From Azolla caroliniana (lineage: Eukaryota > Plantae > Polypodiophyta): 64,000 nucleotides of DNA. Shown in pieces: positions 37,441 through 51,026 of the stretch (within the stretch, counting starts at the first letter, position 1; each line of letters starts with the position of its first letter). The notes under the pieces were generated by a model. That model saw nothing but the letters and a program-made list of their open reading frames with translations, was not told the DNA's origin and searched no databases. Both the position numbers and the translations under genes were made by a program. The stretch lies in the NCBI GenBank assembly GCA_043228905.1, contig JBHGNT010000003.1, positions 14,694,001 to 14,758,000 on the forward strand, in the 5' to 3' direction.

Positions 37441-38207
37441 TGACGGGAACTCAAACGATCCCTATACGCAATGCTCGACCACAACCGAGCTTAGAATCAT
37501 ACACAGAAAAACAGGAAATGGAAAACACGCGACACAAAGGAGAAAGAAAAATGTACACAGGATGTTTACGTGGAAAACCCAAACTAAGGGAAAAACCACG
37601 GCAGCCCACAGGCTGCAAACTATCACTATACTAGAATGTACAACAGTGAGTTCGCGGAGGCAACGACCTCGTGCTCACGATCTTCGCCACAGGCGGTGGT
37701 TACAACAGAGGCAACAACCTCTTTCTCTCTCTCTCTCTGTACACTTTTACGCGCTCTCTCTTCTTGCACCAACGAGAGAATGACAACGACAGACACTAAA
37801 AGTTTGCCCTAAGTCATATTTATACTAATATGACTTTTCAGCTATTTACAAATATAGCCTCGATGGACTCTCAGAAACATATTTACGAATATGTCTCCTC
37901 ATCCGGTTCATACCGGGTCTGCACCATCCGGCTCTCCGTAGCCGGGTACTCCTCATCCGGTTCATACCGGGTCTGCACCATCCGGCTCTCCGTAGCCGGG
38001 TACTCCTCATCCGGTTCATACGGGGTCTGCACCATCCGGCTCTCCGTAGCCGGGTACTCATTCGGTTCATACCGGGTCTGCAACATCCGGCTCTCCGTAG
38101 CCGGGTACTCCTCATCCGGTTCCAGCCTCGGCCTATCGGCCTCGGTCGAGCTTGTTCATCAGCATTGTTCTTCTCCCTGCCCATCCGGAGGGACCTGTCT
38201 CCCAACA
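37441..38207 (-). mobile_element. Solo LTR of Tork-like copia related to D
   Basis: TG...CA with TSD GATGA (37436-37440, 38208-38212). Shares TTTACGTGGAAAACCC, GTTTGCCCTAAGTCATATTTATAC and CCCATCCGGAGGGACC with the D LTR. Confidence 0.93.
37895..38122. repeat. 54-bp tandem array (~4.3 units) in U3 of the solo LTR
   Basis: Units start at 37895, 37949, 38003, 38057 (3 bp shorter) and 38108 (partial). Confidence 0.92.
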
Positions 38208-41200
38208 GATGACACGTCGTAAGAGACGAGCATTGGAGGCATCCCAATATTGGGAACTCTACCATATGCTCATGAGTAGCGATTGTGCCACTGCATGGAA
38301 GAGATTACGAGAACCAAGACCACAAACACCCATCGAAGATCCTGAAACTTGGCACACTTATACAGAAAGACTTTACCAAATCCCAAACCAACCACCCATT
38401 CCAATGCCTTCTACACCCCGACCTACTGTGGGGACACTCTTCACGACCTCTAGGGTCACGAAGGTCATGAAGAAATTACAACATACGAAGTCCATGGACC
38501 ACACAGGATTGCGAGCAGAACACATCAAATATGCGAGAGAGTGCCTAGCTCCCTTGCTAACTCTAATCTTCAATCGTGCCCTCGCAGAGGGTTTTCCACC
38601 ACAATGGACCATGAACACAATGGCCCCCATACATAAAGGGGGGGACCCCATGGACCCAAATACTTATAGGACCATTAGGATAGGTCATACCCTTGCTAAA
38701 TTATATGGTGCAGTAATGGAGGCAGAGCTTAGCGAGTATATGGAGACCTTAAATCTTCGTGCACCTGAACAAGCTGGCTTTAGACGAGCCTTCTCCACTA
38801 TTGATCATATCTTCACACTTAGATGCTTAATTGACCAAACTAAGGTTCGCAAGAAGAAACTATATTGTTGTTTTGTGGACTTCCGCAAAGCCTTTGACAC
38901 GGTCCCTAGAGAGCGGTTGTTTGATAGGCTTAAGAGCTTGAGGATACCAGATGACATGGTTTGGGCCATCTACGCACTATATGAACAAGTGTCCGGGTGT
39001 GTTCGATGCCCAGGCGGCATATCCAATAGTTTCACTAGCACTATTGGGGTAAAACAAGGTTGCCCCTTATCTCCGACTCTTTTTGGGATCTACATTGATG
39101 AGATCACAGATTTTATTGCTCGTAAGGGAGGCAATGGAGTAGTCCTTGGGGATACGCATGTGCGTATCTTGCTCTATGCAGACGACATAGTTTTGCTCTC
39201 TGAATCCGAACATGACCTACAAAGGCACCTTAATGCCTTAGATGACTTTTGCACACAACGAGGATTGGTAGTGAATCTAGGGAAAACAAAAGTCCTTATC
39301 TTCCACACGTCGGCCCAAGTTAGAGTTAAGTGTCACCTAACTATCTCTCATAGCCCAGTTGAGGTGGTTGGATCATATGTCTATCTCGGAGTCACTTTCA
39401 GTGCCCGCTCAGGTAAATTTTCGATGACACAAGCAGCGAAGGATAGACTTACAAGAGGAAATGCATCCCTCTCACTCCTCGAGAGACAATGCCACCAAGC
39501 ATACTTCCAAGAGCCACGAACTAAAGGGTGGCTCTTTGACTCATTAGTGACTCCCTCTCTTATGTATGCATCAACGGTTTGGGCTCCAGGACTACCATCT
39601 TTCATGTGGACGCAATTAGAGAGACCATTGGTGATGATGTTATCACGCCAACTCCGAAGCAAATCGTCGGTCCCACATGACATTATTAGGGCTGAGTTCA
39701 CTCTACCCCCTATGTTAGTAGAAGCACTTTTTCAACTTGTAGTCTTTATCCACAGGATACATAACCAACCACTTGATAGAATATCCCACCAAGCCTTTAA
39801 GGCTTCTCGAGCACTGTATGAGTCCGGCTATACTAGCTCATGGTATGGCATGATGGTGAGTTGGCTTCTTGCCAACGGTCTAGACATTAATAACCTCCTC
39901 CCCCTTAAGTACGACCACGCGACTGATAACACTTTAATCTCTCATGAGGACCGTAATAAAGTAATACGCCAAGAAATATGGCAAATTTATACTCGGTATA
40001 AATGGATCACCCCACTAGAGCCACTCCCATCTAAAATGTCGTACTATAAGGAACACTTTATGCACTTCTTTGAGTTAGGTTTTATCACGCGCCCAAAATA
40101 TCTAGATGTATTCTTACCACATGCACTAAGGGTTGCCATTGGTCAACTTAGAATATCATCTCACCAACTTGAGATTGAGAATGGAAGTACTAATGGAGTC
40201 CCTAGGGAGGAAAGGATATGTAGGTAATGCCACATAGAGATAGAGGATGAGTACCATTTTACATGCAAATGCCCCACCTATGCCGAGATAAGGGCAAAAT
40301 ACCAAGACATACTTGGTTCCTCTCCCACCCTCCCTAAAGTATTAGATACACTAGATATAAAGAAATTAGGTAGATACATCTTAGAATTGAAACGACACAG
40401 AGAGAATACGTTACAAAACGTTGATAATAATGTTGCTAATGTTTACCAACATGTAACAAATGAAGTTTTTCAGGAACAGGGGGAGACAATGAATGTCGAC
40501 ACACCTGCACCACTCGGGCTTTTCCTTGATGAAGCAGAAAATCAAAGAAGAACCAAACGCCCTCGGATGCCGGGTTTCAAAGCAACTCGACGAGATGTAG
40601 AAGCAATAAAGAAAATAAGGGAACGTGAACTACACCGCCTAGAAGCCATGGCTAGGGCACTCTATGCATCGGGACCATGGGTCACACCCACACCAAGAAC
40701 TTTTGACCTCCCACTTCTTTTTGAGAGACTTGGGTCGAAATGAGATTAGGCTTAGTGCAAAGTTTTGTACACTACTAGAACTTTCTTAGCTTAAGCTATT
40801 TTCTTTTATTTTAGTTTTAATGATTGGATAAACACTCATTTTTGTTGTAACCCAATTGTCTCATGGGCCAAATTTGGCCTTAGGAGACGTTAATATATCT
40901 TTCTTTCCTTCCTTCTTTCTTTCTCTCTCTCTCTCACTCACCTGCGCAGTACACCTTCTGTTTCTACTCTATTCGTCACATAGTTAAAGTTTGCCCTAGT
41001 TGCATATATATACCTACACAACTTTTCAGGCTATTTACATATGTAGCCCTTATCGGGCGCACTCTTAGACTATTTACAAGTATAGTCTCCCGAGTTGGCT
41101 ATTTATGCGATTCCGGTTTCTGTTTATAAAACTCGGCTCCTGTTTTCTGACTCTTCAATTGTCGGCTTTCCGAACAGTCGGATCATCCTCCCATTAGAGG

Positions 41201-41215
41201 GACATATTCCCAACA

Positions 41216-44200
41216 GGAAGTACCTTTAGCCGACGAGGTACTTGCGTTGCTATTGCTCGGTTCCCTCCCGGATAGTTGGGAGACGCTAGTTGTCACTTTC
41301 AACAACACTAGGCCGGAAGGTAAACACCTCTCCCTAGTAGGGGTAAAATCAAGCCTACTGGATGAAGAAGCTCGCCGGAAGGACCGTGATTCCGGAACCG
41401 ATCCAAAGGCCTTAATTACAGAAGATGACATTAACCGGGGAAGAGGCCGGAATTGGAGTCCCCAGAACCGGGACAAATTGAGGACGAGGTCGAAGTCAAG
41501 GGGAAGTCCCACTTGCTTCTACTGTGGGAAGCCGGGGCATTTCCGGAAACCCTAAGGGGGAGTTGACGGTCCGGAACCAAAGAAGATTTCGGACGGAAGA
41601 GGAACGTCGGTAATCGCAACAAGTGAGGAAGAATTGTTGCTCATCACCGAGAAAACGAGCTACATCTTGTCAACGACGAAACAACGTGGGTGGTCGACTC
41701 TGGCGCATCGTTCCATCTGACCCTCGACCAGAAGTGCTTCTCATCTTACAAAGCTGGAGATCACGGTTCTGTCCAGATGGGAAATGAAGGTGCATGCCAA
41801 ATTGTCGGCATAGGAGACATGTGGTTGACGACGTCAACTGGGTGCAAGTTGTTGCTGAAAGATGTACGACACGTTCCGGAGGTTCGGTTGAACCTGATTG
41901 CAGCCGATCATCTACATGATGAAGGCTACATGGGTAGCATCCGGAACGGAGTCATGAAATTTGCAAAGGAAGTCTGATTGTGGCCCGAGCCCAGAATATC
42001 AACACGTTGTACCTGATGCATGCCCGGATATGCCGGGAAGAAGTGAACATGGTATCCGACACTACCGGTGAGTTGTGGCACAAGAGGCTGTGTCACATGA
42101 GCCAAAAAGGGATGCGAAGACTTGCCGAAGATAAACTCATTCCGGAGGTGAAAGACGTGCAACTTGAGAAGTGCACCGACTGCTTGTCTGGCAAGCAGAA
42201 CCAGACCTCCTTCTGATCCTGACCATCTTCGAGACGGAATGCACCGCTGGAACTTGTGCATACTGATGTATGCCAAGTGGACACGAAGTCACATGCCGGA
42301 TCACAATACTTCGTGACATTCATAGATGACCACAGCCGGAAGTTGTGGCTCTCACCGTTGAAAACGAAGGGCTAGGTATTATCCGTCTTCAAGGAATTGC
42401 AGACAAGGGTGGAAAGGGAAACCGGCCGAAAGTTGAAGGCGGTTCGAGCGGACAACGGAGGAGAATACAAGGGGAAATTCGAGGAGCACTGTCGGTCGAT
42501 GGGAATCCGGCTCGAATTCACTGTGCCAAAGACATCGGAGCTGAATGGATTGTCCAAAAGGATGAACCGAGTGTGATGGAGAGAATCCGAAGCATGCTGG
42601 CACATGCTACGTTGTCCAAGACGTTTTGGGTTGAAGCGCTGATGACGGTGACTTACGTGATAAATCGATCACCCTCAGCAACCTTGGACAGAGACACACC
42701 ACAGAGATTATGGACCGGTAAAGAAGTTTCTTACCGGCATCTGAAGGTGTTCGATTGTCTCGCTTACTTGCATGTTGCAAAGAACAAGAGAGAAAAGTTG
42801 GATCTGAAGTCCCGACCATGCATATTCCTTGAATATGGTGATGATGAGTTCGGCTACTGAGTGTGGGAAATGGTCGACAAGAAGATCTTCCGAGGTCGAG
42901 ACATAGTCTTCATAGAAGACAAGAACATTACCGACCGGGAGTCGAAGAAGAAGATAGTGAACTCCGGGTCGACCGATAGAGATTGGTCAGAAGATACAAG
43001 GACCCATCTGGCCGAAAGCAGAATGACACTCGAAGGACCGACCGGATTCGGACAAGAAACTGAATCGACCAAAGAAGAAGAATTGGACACCAGAACCGGA
43101 CAAGACCCCGAATCGGATTCAAATGAAGAACAAATGGAGGAACTAGTGGTCGAAGACCAAGGGAGAAGAAGATATCCTCTCAGGGAGAAAAAAGCCCCTA
43201 GAGGTTTCCGGATGCAGAGCATGTCTTATTTACCGATGAGGGGGAGCCGGAAAGCTTCGAAGAAGCAGTGAAAGACACCCACAACCACAAGTGGTTAAGT
43301 GCTATGCATGATGAGATGGATTCTCTGCATGAGAAACACACATATGAACTAATGGAGTTGCCGAAGGGAAAGAGAGCGCTCCGGAACAAGTGGGTATACA
43401 AGTTGAAACTGGGAGACGCTGGAAATCCACTGAGATACAAAGCTTGGATCATGGTGAAGGGCTTCCAGCAGAAGAAAGGAGTGGACTTCCATGAGATCTT
43501 TGCCCCAGTAGTAAACATGGCATCCATCCGGACTGTGTTGAGCATAGCGGCAAGCATGGACCTCGAGGTTGAGCAACTAGACGTCAAGATGGTGTTCCTG
43601 CATAGTGACCTCGAAGAAGATATCTACATGCAACGACCGGAGGGGTTTGTCAATAAAGGGAAGGAGAACCTAATATGTCGGTTGAAGAAGAGCCTATACG
43701 GACTGAAGCAAGCTCCCCGGCAACGATTCCGAAAGTTCAACTCCTTCATGACCGAACAGGGATACCACAAGACACAAGCCGACCACTACGTATGTCAAGA
43801 TTCGAACTCTTGACACGACCATGTTATAATATTGTATCATGGGTTAACCAATATATCTAGTACATAGTTATGTATGTAATTGGTCCTTATTGTTTTGCTA
43901 GCATCATGTGCATAGTTGCTCCCTTGTAGTATTTACACTTGGCACATGCATGCATACCCACATGCTGTATTGTAGATTCACATGCGTGCAACAAGTATGC
44001 CTGCCATGTAGTATAAATAGAGGAGTTTACCTTGAAGGAATTCAAGGTGAACAACACCAGTTATGGAGTCTTTCCGTTAATACTACTCATCCATTTGTCT
44101 ATCTTCTTTCTTGTCTCTTGAGCTTATGATCCATCCGTGACAACATATTTGTGACGAAATTTGATGGAGGCGACTTCCTGATACTCATGATGTATGTGGA

Positions 44201-45707
44201 TGACTTGTTGATCGTCGGACCGGACTAGATCAGAATCGAAAATCTAAAGAAGGCCTTGAACCAAACCTTCTCAATGAAAGATCCGGCTCTAGCGAGACAG
44301 ATATTGGGGAAGCTATTGTGGTTGTCACAGGAGAAGTATGTGACGAAGGTGCTCCAACGATTCAGTATGTCGAATGCTAAGCTGGTTAGGTCGACACTTC
44401 CAGCAAACTGCAAGTTGTCCAGGAAGTAGAGCTAGAAGACAAAAATAGAAAAGTCAAAGATGATGAAGGTACCATATGCCTCTCCCATCAGAAGCTTAAT
44501 GACGCAATGGTGTGTACCTAGTTGGATATCGGATATGTAGTTGGCGTGGTCAGCTGGTTCATGAGCAATTCGGGAAGAGAACACTGAACCGTAGTCAAGT
44601 GGATACCTCGGTACCTTAAAGGCACCTCCAGCATGTGCCTCTGATTCGGCTCAGGTAAACCCTAACTTGAAGGATTCATGGATTCGGATATGTCGGCTAA
44701 TGCGGATACGAGCCGGTCTACATCTAGATATGTCATGACTTATGCAGTGGGAGGTGTATCGTGGTAGTCAAGGCTACAGAATTCTGTTACATTGTCAATA
44801 ACAGAAACGGAGTACATGGCGGTTGTAGAAGCCAGTAAAGAGGTAATCTAGATGAAGGACTTCATCGGAGAGCTAGGAATCCAGCATGAGGAATTCTGTC
44901 TCCATTGCGACAGTTGAAGTGTCTACCACTGCGAAGAACACAGCCTACCACTCCCAGACCAAGCACCTCCAGAGGTGATATCACTGGCTCCGGGAGAAGG
45001 TAGAAGATAAATTGTTTTTACTGACGAAGATCCATACGGAGGAGAATGGGTCAGAAATGTTGACCAAGGTGTTGTTAGCCGACAAGCTAAACGTATGCCG
45101 GAGACGGATCGAACTGACGAGACATCCCATGCCGAAGTGAAAATGGAGTTTGTTGGGAAACAGGTCCCTCCGAATGGGATCCGAATGAGAACCGGACGAG
45201 CCGAATCAGATGGGACGAAGGAAGGAACCAAACCAGATGGATCCAAAAGGTATCCGGAGGCCGGATCGAATGGATCCAGAAGGAGTCCGGTCGGATCCGG
45301 TATGAACCAGCAAATAGGAACATATTAGTAAATATGTTCGAATGTGACCATTAAGGTCATATTTGTAAATAACCCCAAAGTTATATAAGTATAAATATAA
45401 CTAGGGCAACACTGTTATAAGTAGTGATCATCATTGTAGTTGTGTCGTTGTACAAAGAGAGAGAGATACAGAAAGCTTTTCTGTTGTAACCGCCGGTTGG
45501 TGAAGGTAGAACTCGAGGTCGTTGCCTTTGAGTCTCACATTGTTGTACCTCTCCTCTATAGTGATCCAGTTTGGAGTTCCGAGAACTCCCATGGTTTTGT
45601 CTCTTAAGGTTTTCTACGTTAATACCCTGTGTCGTCTTATTTTCTATTTTCTATTTTCTTCCATTGAGTGAGTGAGACTCAGTTGTGGCCGAACACTATT
45701 CCGCACA
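41216..45707 (+). mobile_element. Ty1/copia element H (Tork-like), decayed; 5' LTR and gag start missing
   Basis: Gag C-terminus, PR, INT, RT and RH fragments similar to D pol. Degenerate PPT, then 3' LTR 45151-45707. Confidence 0.9.
43793..44142 (+). mobile_element. Solo LTR of an unrelated family inside the H RT
   Basis: TGTCA...TGACA termini, TSD ACGTA/ACATA (one transition), TATAAATAG near 44012. The RT frame resumes after it. Confidence 0.85.
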
Positions 45708-48700
45708 ATTTATAGCTAGACCTAAGGCCCCCAATCAAGTTCACACTTGGCCTAATGGGTTGTCCCAATCCCAAGGATTAAAAGTAATGCTTTCCTTCTT
45801 TACACTCTCGTTTAACCCTCACACTTTATCCATGTGTATAGAATACTACGGTAAAACTTACCACGAAATATGGTCATGCTCGTAACATACTCCCACTCTT
45901 TAAAACATTGCACTCTTGATGTGGAAAGTTAGGGAAGTTAGTTCTAAGAGTATTTTCGTGTTCCCATGTCTGCAGAATAGCGCTCGGCCACAACCAAGAA
46001 TCAAACACTTGATGAAAGAATCAAAACAGAAATGGAGGTTCGTACACTTACATAGAAGAGATGACACAGTATGTTTATGTGGAAAACCCTAATAGGGAAA
46101 AAACCACGGGAGCCCACAGACTCCAACTATCACTATATGAGAAAGGCGGTAAAACAGGAGACTCAGAGGCAACAACCTCGAGCATTGTATCTTCCCCTAC
46201 CAGCGACTTCTCTTCTCTCTCTCTCTCTGTGTACAACTATGATGCAACTAACAATAACACCAACCATTTAAAGTGATTGCTTATTTATACTTATATGACT
46301 TTAAGATTATTTATAAATATAGCCTTTACAAGCACACCAGAAACATATTTGTAGATATGTCCGTGGATCCGGTTCACACCGAATCCATCCGAATATCTTC
46401 TGGTCCAGTCCGGATCCTTCCTTCGGCTCGTCTGATCCAGCTCCTTCGGCTTTCATCCGGATCCCATCTGGAGGGAGAGAATTCCCAACAAACTCCCCCT
46501 TCACTTCGGCATGGGATTTCTCGTTAGTCCGATCTGTCTTCGGCACGTGTCCAGTTTGTCAACTGACAACACCTTGGTCAGCATATCCGACCCGTTCTCC
46601 TCTGTGTGGATCTTCGTCAGCATGAAGTCTTGATCTTCTACCTTGTTTCAAAGCCAGTGATATGTTCTCTGGATGTGTTTCGTTTGGGAATGGTAGGCCA
46701 CATTCTTTGCAAGGTGGATGGCACTTTGACGGTCGCAATGGAGCGGGAATTCCTCCTGCTAGATTCCCAACTCTCCAATAAAGTTCTTCATCCAGATTAT
46801 TTCCTTTCCAGCTTCCACAATTGCCATGTACTCCGCTTCCGTTGTCAACAATGCAACGGACTTCTACAGCCTCGACTGCCATGATATGGCTCCCCCTACA
46901 TAAGTCATGACATATCCGGATGTAGACCGGTTGGTATCCACATCAGTGGACATATCCGAATCCATAAATCCGTCTAGTAGGGGTTTACCGGAGCCGAATT
47001 GGAGGCATATATTCAGGTGCCTTTCAAATACCGGAGTATCCACTTGACCACGTTCCAATGCTCTCGTCCCGGATTGCTCATGAACCAGTTGACTAGTCCA
47101 ATAACATATGCAATATCTGGTCGGGTGCACACCATTCCATACATTAAACTTCCAACGGTAGAGGCATGTGGTATCTTTATCATATCCAACTTCTCTGCCT
47201 TTGTCTTCGGGCTTTGCTTTCTGGACAACTTGCTATTTGCCGGAAGTGTCGATCCGACCGGTTTCGCATTTGACATGTTGAACCGTTTAAGCACCTTTCT
47301 CACGTACTGCTCCTGTGACAGCCATAGCAATTTCTTCGACTGGTCCCAAATTATGTGCATCCCCACTATCTGTCTCGCCGAACCCAAATCTTTGAGAAGG
47401 TTCGGTTCAAAGCCTTCTTCAGATTTCCGATTTTGGTTCGGTCCAGTCCAACGATCAACATGTCATCTACATACAATAAGAGTATTAGGAAGTCGCCTCT
47501 GTCAAATTTCTTCACGAACACATAGTGGTCGGCTTACGTCTTGTGGTAGCCTTGGTTGATCCTGAAGGAGTCGAACTTCCTGTACCATTGCCGACGAGCT
47601 TGCTTCAGTCCATATAAGCTCTTCTTCAATCGGCATACCAGGTGCTCCTTCCCTTTCTTCACAAACCCTTCCAGTTGATGCATGTAGATTTCTTCATCGA
47701 GGTCACCATGGAGGAATGATGTCTTGACGTCTAGTTACTCTACCTCAAGGTCCATGTTTGCTACTATGCTCAGCACCGTCTGGATGGATGTCATCTTTAC
47801 AACCGGGGCAAAGATCTCATTGAAATCCACACCTTTCTTCTGCTGGAACCACTTCACCATGATCCAAGCTTTGTACCTTGGTGGATTTCCGACGTCTTCC
47901 GGTTTCAGCTTGTACACCCACTTGTTCCTGAGTGCTCTCTTTCCTTTCGACAGCTCTGTCAATTCACATGTGTGGTTCTCATGCAGGGAATCGATCTCGT
48001 CTTGCATGACACTTAACCACTTGCGGTTGTGGATGTCTTTCCTTGCTTCTTCGAAGCTTTCCGGCTCCCCCTCGTTGGTCAGCAACACTTGCTCTACATC
48101 TGGAAACCTCTGGGGGGCTCTTCTCTCTCTGAGAGGGTATCTTCATCCTTGATTTCTGACTACTAGTTCCTCCGTTTGCTCCGAATCCGAATCTGATTCA
48201 GGATCTTGTCCGGTTCCAGTGTCTTCTTCTTCTTCTTCGGTTGGTTCGATTTCTTGTCCGAATCCGGTCGGTTCGTCGAGTGTCAACTGGTTACCGGCTA
48301 GCATCCGATTCCCAACCGGGTAAGTCCTTGTATCCAACTTGGCCAATGACCAAGGAATATGCATGGTCTGGACTTCGGATCCAACTTTGCTCTCTTGTCC
48401 TTCGCGACATGCACATAAGCGAGACACCCGAACACCTTCAGATGCCAGTAGGACACGTCCATACTGGTCCATACCCTCTGCGGTGTGTCTCCATCCATGG
48501 GTGATGAGGGTGATCTGTTTATCACGTAGGTCGCCATCATCAGCACCCCAGCCGAAAACGTCTTGGGTAGCTTTGCATGTGCCAGTTGGCTCCGGACTCT
48601 CTACATCACGGTTCGGTTCATCTATTTGGCTAGCCCATTTAGTTTCGGCTTCTTTAGCACGATAAATTCGAGCCGGATTCCCTTCGACCGACAATACTCC

Positions 48701-51026
48701 TCGAACTGCCCCCGGTATTCTCCTCTGTGTTTTGCTCGAACAACCTTTAGATTCCGACTGCTTTCCCTTTCCACTCTCGCGTGGAGCTCCTTGAAGACAA
48801 ACAACACCTGATACTTCATCTTCAATGATGAGACCCACAACTTCCGGCTGTGGTCATCTATGAATGTTATGAAGTATTGTGATCGGGCATGTGCCTTCGT
48901 GTCCACTTGACACACATCGGTATGCACCAGCTCCAGTGGTGCATTCCATCTCATCGGTGGTCTTGATCAGAAAGAGGTTCGGTTTTTCTTGCCAAGCAGT
49001 CGGTGCACTTCTCAAGTTGCACGTCCTTCACTGGAGTGAGATTGTCCTTGACAAGTCTCTTCATCCCCTTCTAAGTCATGTGACACAACCTCTTGTGCTA
49101 CAGCTCACCGCCAGTGTCGGATGCTACGTTCACTTCTTCCCGGCATATCCAGGCATGCATCAGATACAATGTGTTGATCTTCCAGGATCGAGCCACGATC
49201 AGGCTTCCTTTGCTGAATTTCATGACTCTATTTTGAATGCTACCGGTGTAGCCTTCATCATCTAGCCGACCGGCTGATATCAGGCTCAACCGAACCTTCG
49301 GAACGTGTCGAACATCCTTCAGCAGCAATTTGCACCCGGTTGATGTTGTCAAACACACATCTCCTATGCCGAGAATTTGGCATGACCCTTCATTCCCCAT
49401 CCAGACAAAACCGTGATCTCTGGATGTGTAGGATCAGAAGCATTTCCGGTCTGGTGTCAAGTGGAACGATGCTCTGGAATTGACAACTCACTTTGTCTCG
49501 TCGTCGACAAGGTTTAACTCATTCTCCTCGGTGATGAGCAACAATTCTTCTTCACTTGTCGCGATCGCCGATGTTCCTTTCCGATCCGGACCTCTCCAGT
49601 CCGAACTCTTCTTTGAATCGGTGGTGTCGGCCCCTTTCTCTTTCTGGAAATGCCAACAGTTCTTCTAGAAGTGCCCCGACTTCCCACAGTAGAAGCACAT
49701 GGGCCTTCCCCTTGACTTCGACCTTGTCCCCGATTTGTCCCGGTTTTGGGGACTCTGATTTCCCTCTTCCCCGGTTACAGTCATCTTCTGTAACCAAGTT
49801 CTTCGGTTTAGTTCTGGATTCCTGATCCTTTCGGCGAGCTTCTTCATCTAGCAAGCTTGATTTCACCCTGTCTAGGGACAACTTCTTTCCTCCGGCCCGA
49901 CATTGCCCAAAGTAACAACTAGCGTCTCCCAACTATCCGGGAGGGAACGGAGCAGGAGCAATGCAAGTACCTCATCGGCCAGAGGTACTTCAAGCGAAGT
50001 TGTTTGGTTTATGAGCCCCTAGATTGCGTTCATGTGCTCCGCCATGCTGGATCCGTGTTGGTACCGGAGTCTCACTAACTTCCGGAATACCAAAACCCAA
50101 TTTACGACATTTTTGCTCTCCAGCATGGTGCCGATTTTCTCCCGGAGCACATGAGCCTTACTTTCTTCATTGAAGTTGTTGTACAAGCTCATGTCAATGA
50201 AGCATCGTATGTATACCGTCGTCTTCATGTGCATCACCTCCCATGCCATGGCATCAATCTTGTTTGGTTTCTTGTCCCCGAATTGTACCGATATCCACAG
50301 ATCTTTGACCATGAGCATGTCTCTCATCTTGGACTTCCACATTGGGTAGTTGGAGCCGGTGAGCTTGAACATGCTTCCGAATGACTCTTCCATTTTCTTG
50401 TTTGCTCTAATACCAGTTTGTGTGAAATAGCGCTCGGCCACAACCGAGACTCAAACACTTGATGAAAGAATCAAAACAGAAATGGAGGTTCGTACACTTA
50501 CACAGAAGAGACGACACAAGATGTTTACGTGGAAAACCCTAATAAGGAAAAAACTACGGGAGCCCACAGACTCCAACTATCACTATATGAGAAAGGAGGT
50601 ACAAGAACAGATTTAGAGGCAACGACCTCGAGCACTTTATCTTTGCCTACTAGCGGCTTCTCGTCTCTCTGTCTCTTTCTGTACAACTATGATGCAACTA
50701 ACAATAACACCAACCATTTAAAGTGATTGCTCTAAGTCATATTTATACTTATATGACTTTAAGACTATTTACAAATATAGCTTTTATAGGCACACCAAAA
50801 ACATATTTGCAGATATGTCCCTAGATTGGGTTCACACCGGATCCATCCGGGATATCTTCCGGTCCAATCTAGATCCTTCCTTTGGTTCGTCCAATCCAGG
50901 TCCTCCGGCTCTTATCTGGATCCCATCTGAAGGGACCAAATTCCCAACACCATGTGGCATCTTTGTTTAGATTTATGCATCCATTTTATTTTAAATTCTC
51001 GTATTATTTTTTAACGCAATTTTTTT
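45708..51026 (-). mobile_element. Chromovirus gypsy remnant J (chromodomain, PPT, start of 3' LTR 45708-45887), interrupted by element I
   Basis: Joining across I gives KLR*KIIREFKIKW...DATWEHENTLRTNFPNF, then AAAGAGTGGGAGTA and the LTR start TGTTACGAGCATGAC. Confidence 0.75.
45969..50949 (-). mobile_element. Ty1/copia element I (Tork-like), full length, old and decayed
   Basis: LTRs 45969-46490 and 50419-50949 are visibly diverged. TSD CCATG (45964-45968, 50950-50954), PBS 50404-50415, PPT 46493-46502, fragmented gag-pol. Confidence 0.93.

Larger units (their letters stand above)
36258..40743 (+). pseudogene. LINE ORF2 (APE + RT + Cys/His C-terminus) with three nonsense codons and a solo-LTR insertion
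   Basis: A single frame is restored after removing the solo LTR and one TSD copy. Stops at 36669, 36693 and 40225. Confidence 0.88.
34931..40922 (+). mobile_element. Near full-length RTEX-like LINE (CpG-rich 5' UTR, ORF1, APE-RT ORF2, 3' stem-loop, (CTTT)n tail)
   Basis: ORF2 motifs WNCNG, GDFNAR, EQAGFR..TIDHIF, GVKQGCPLSPTLF, LLYADD and C-terminal LRISSHQLEIE..REERIC..EDEYHF..C. Microsatellite tail rather than poly(A). Clade assigned by motif recognition only. Confidence 0.85.
32473..41215 (-). mobile_element. Ty1/copia element F (Tork-like), 5' half only; 5' LTR 34575-34930 + ~40922-41215 split by a LINE
   Basis: PBS TGGTATTAGAGC 34560-34571 with 3-nt spacer. Gag from ATG 34546 (MEGGVSGFPGMIVLN), then PR and INT, breaking off at DKKVVRS. 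Confidence 0.88.
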
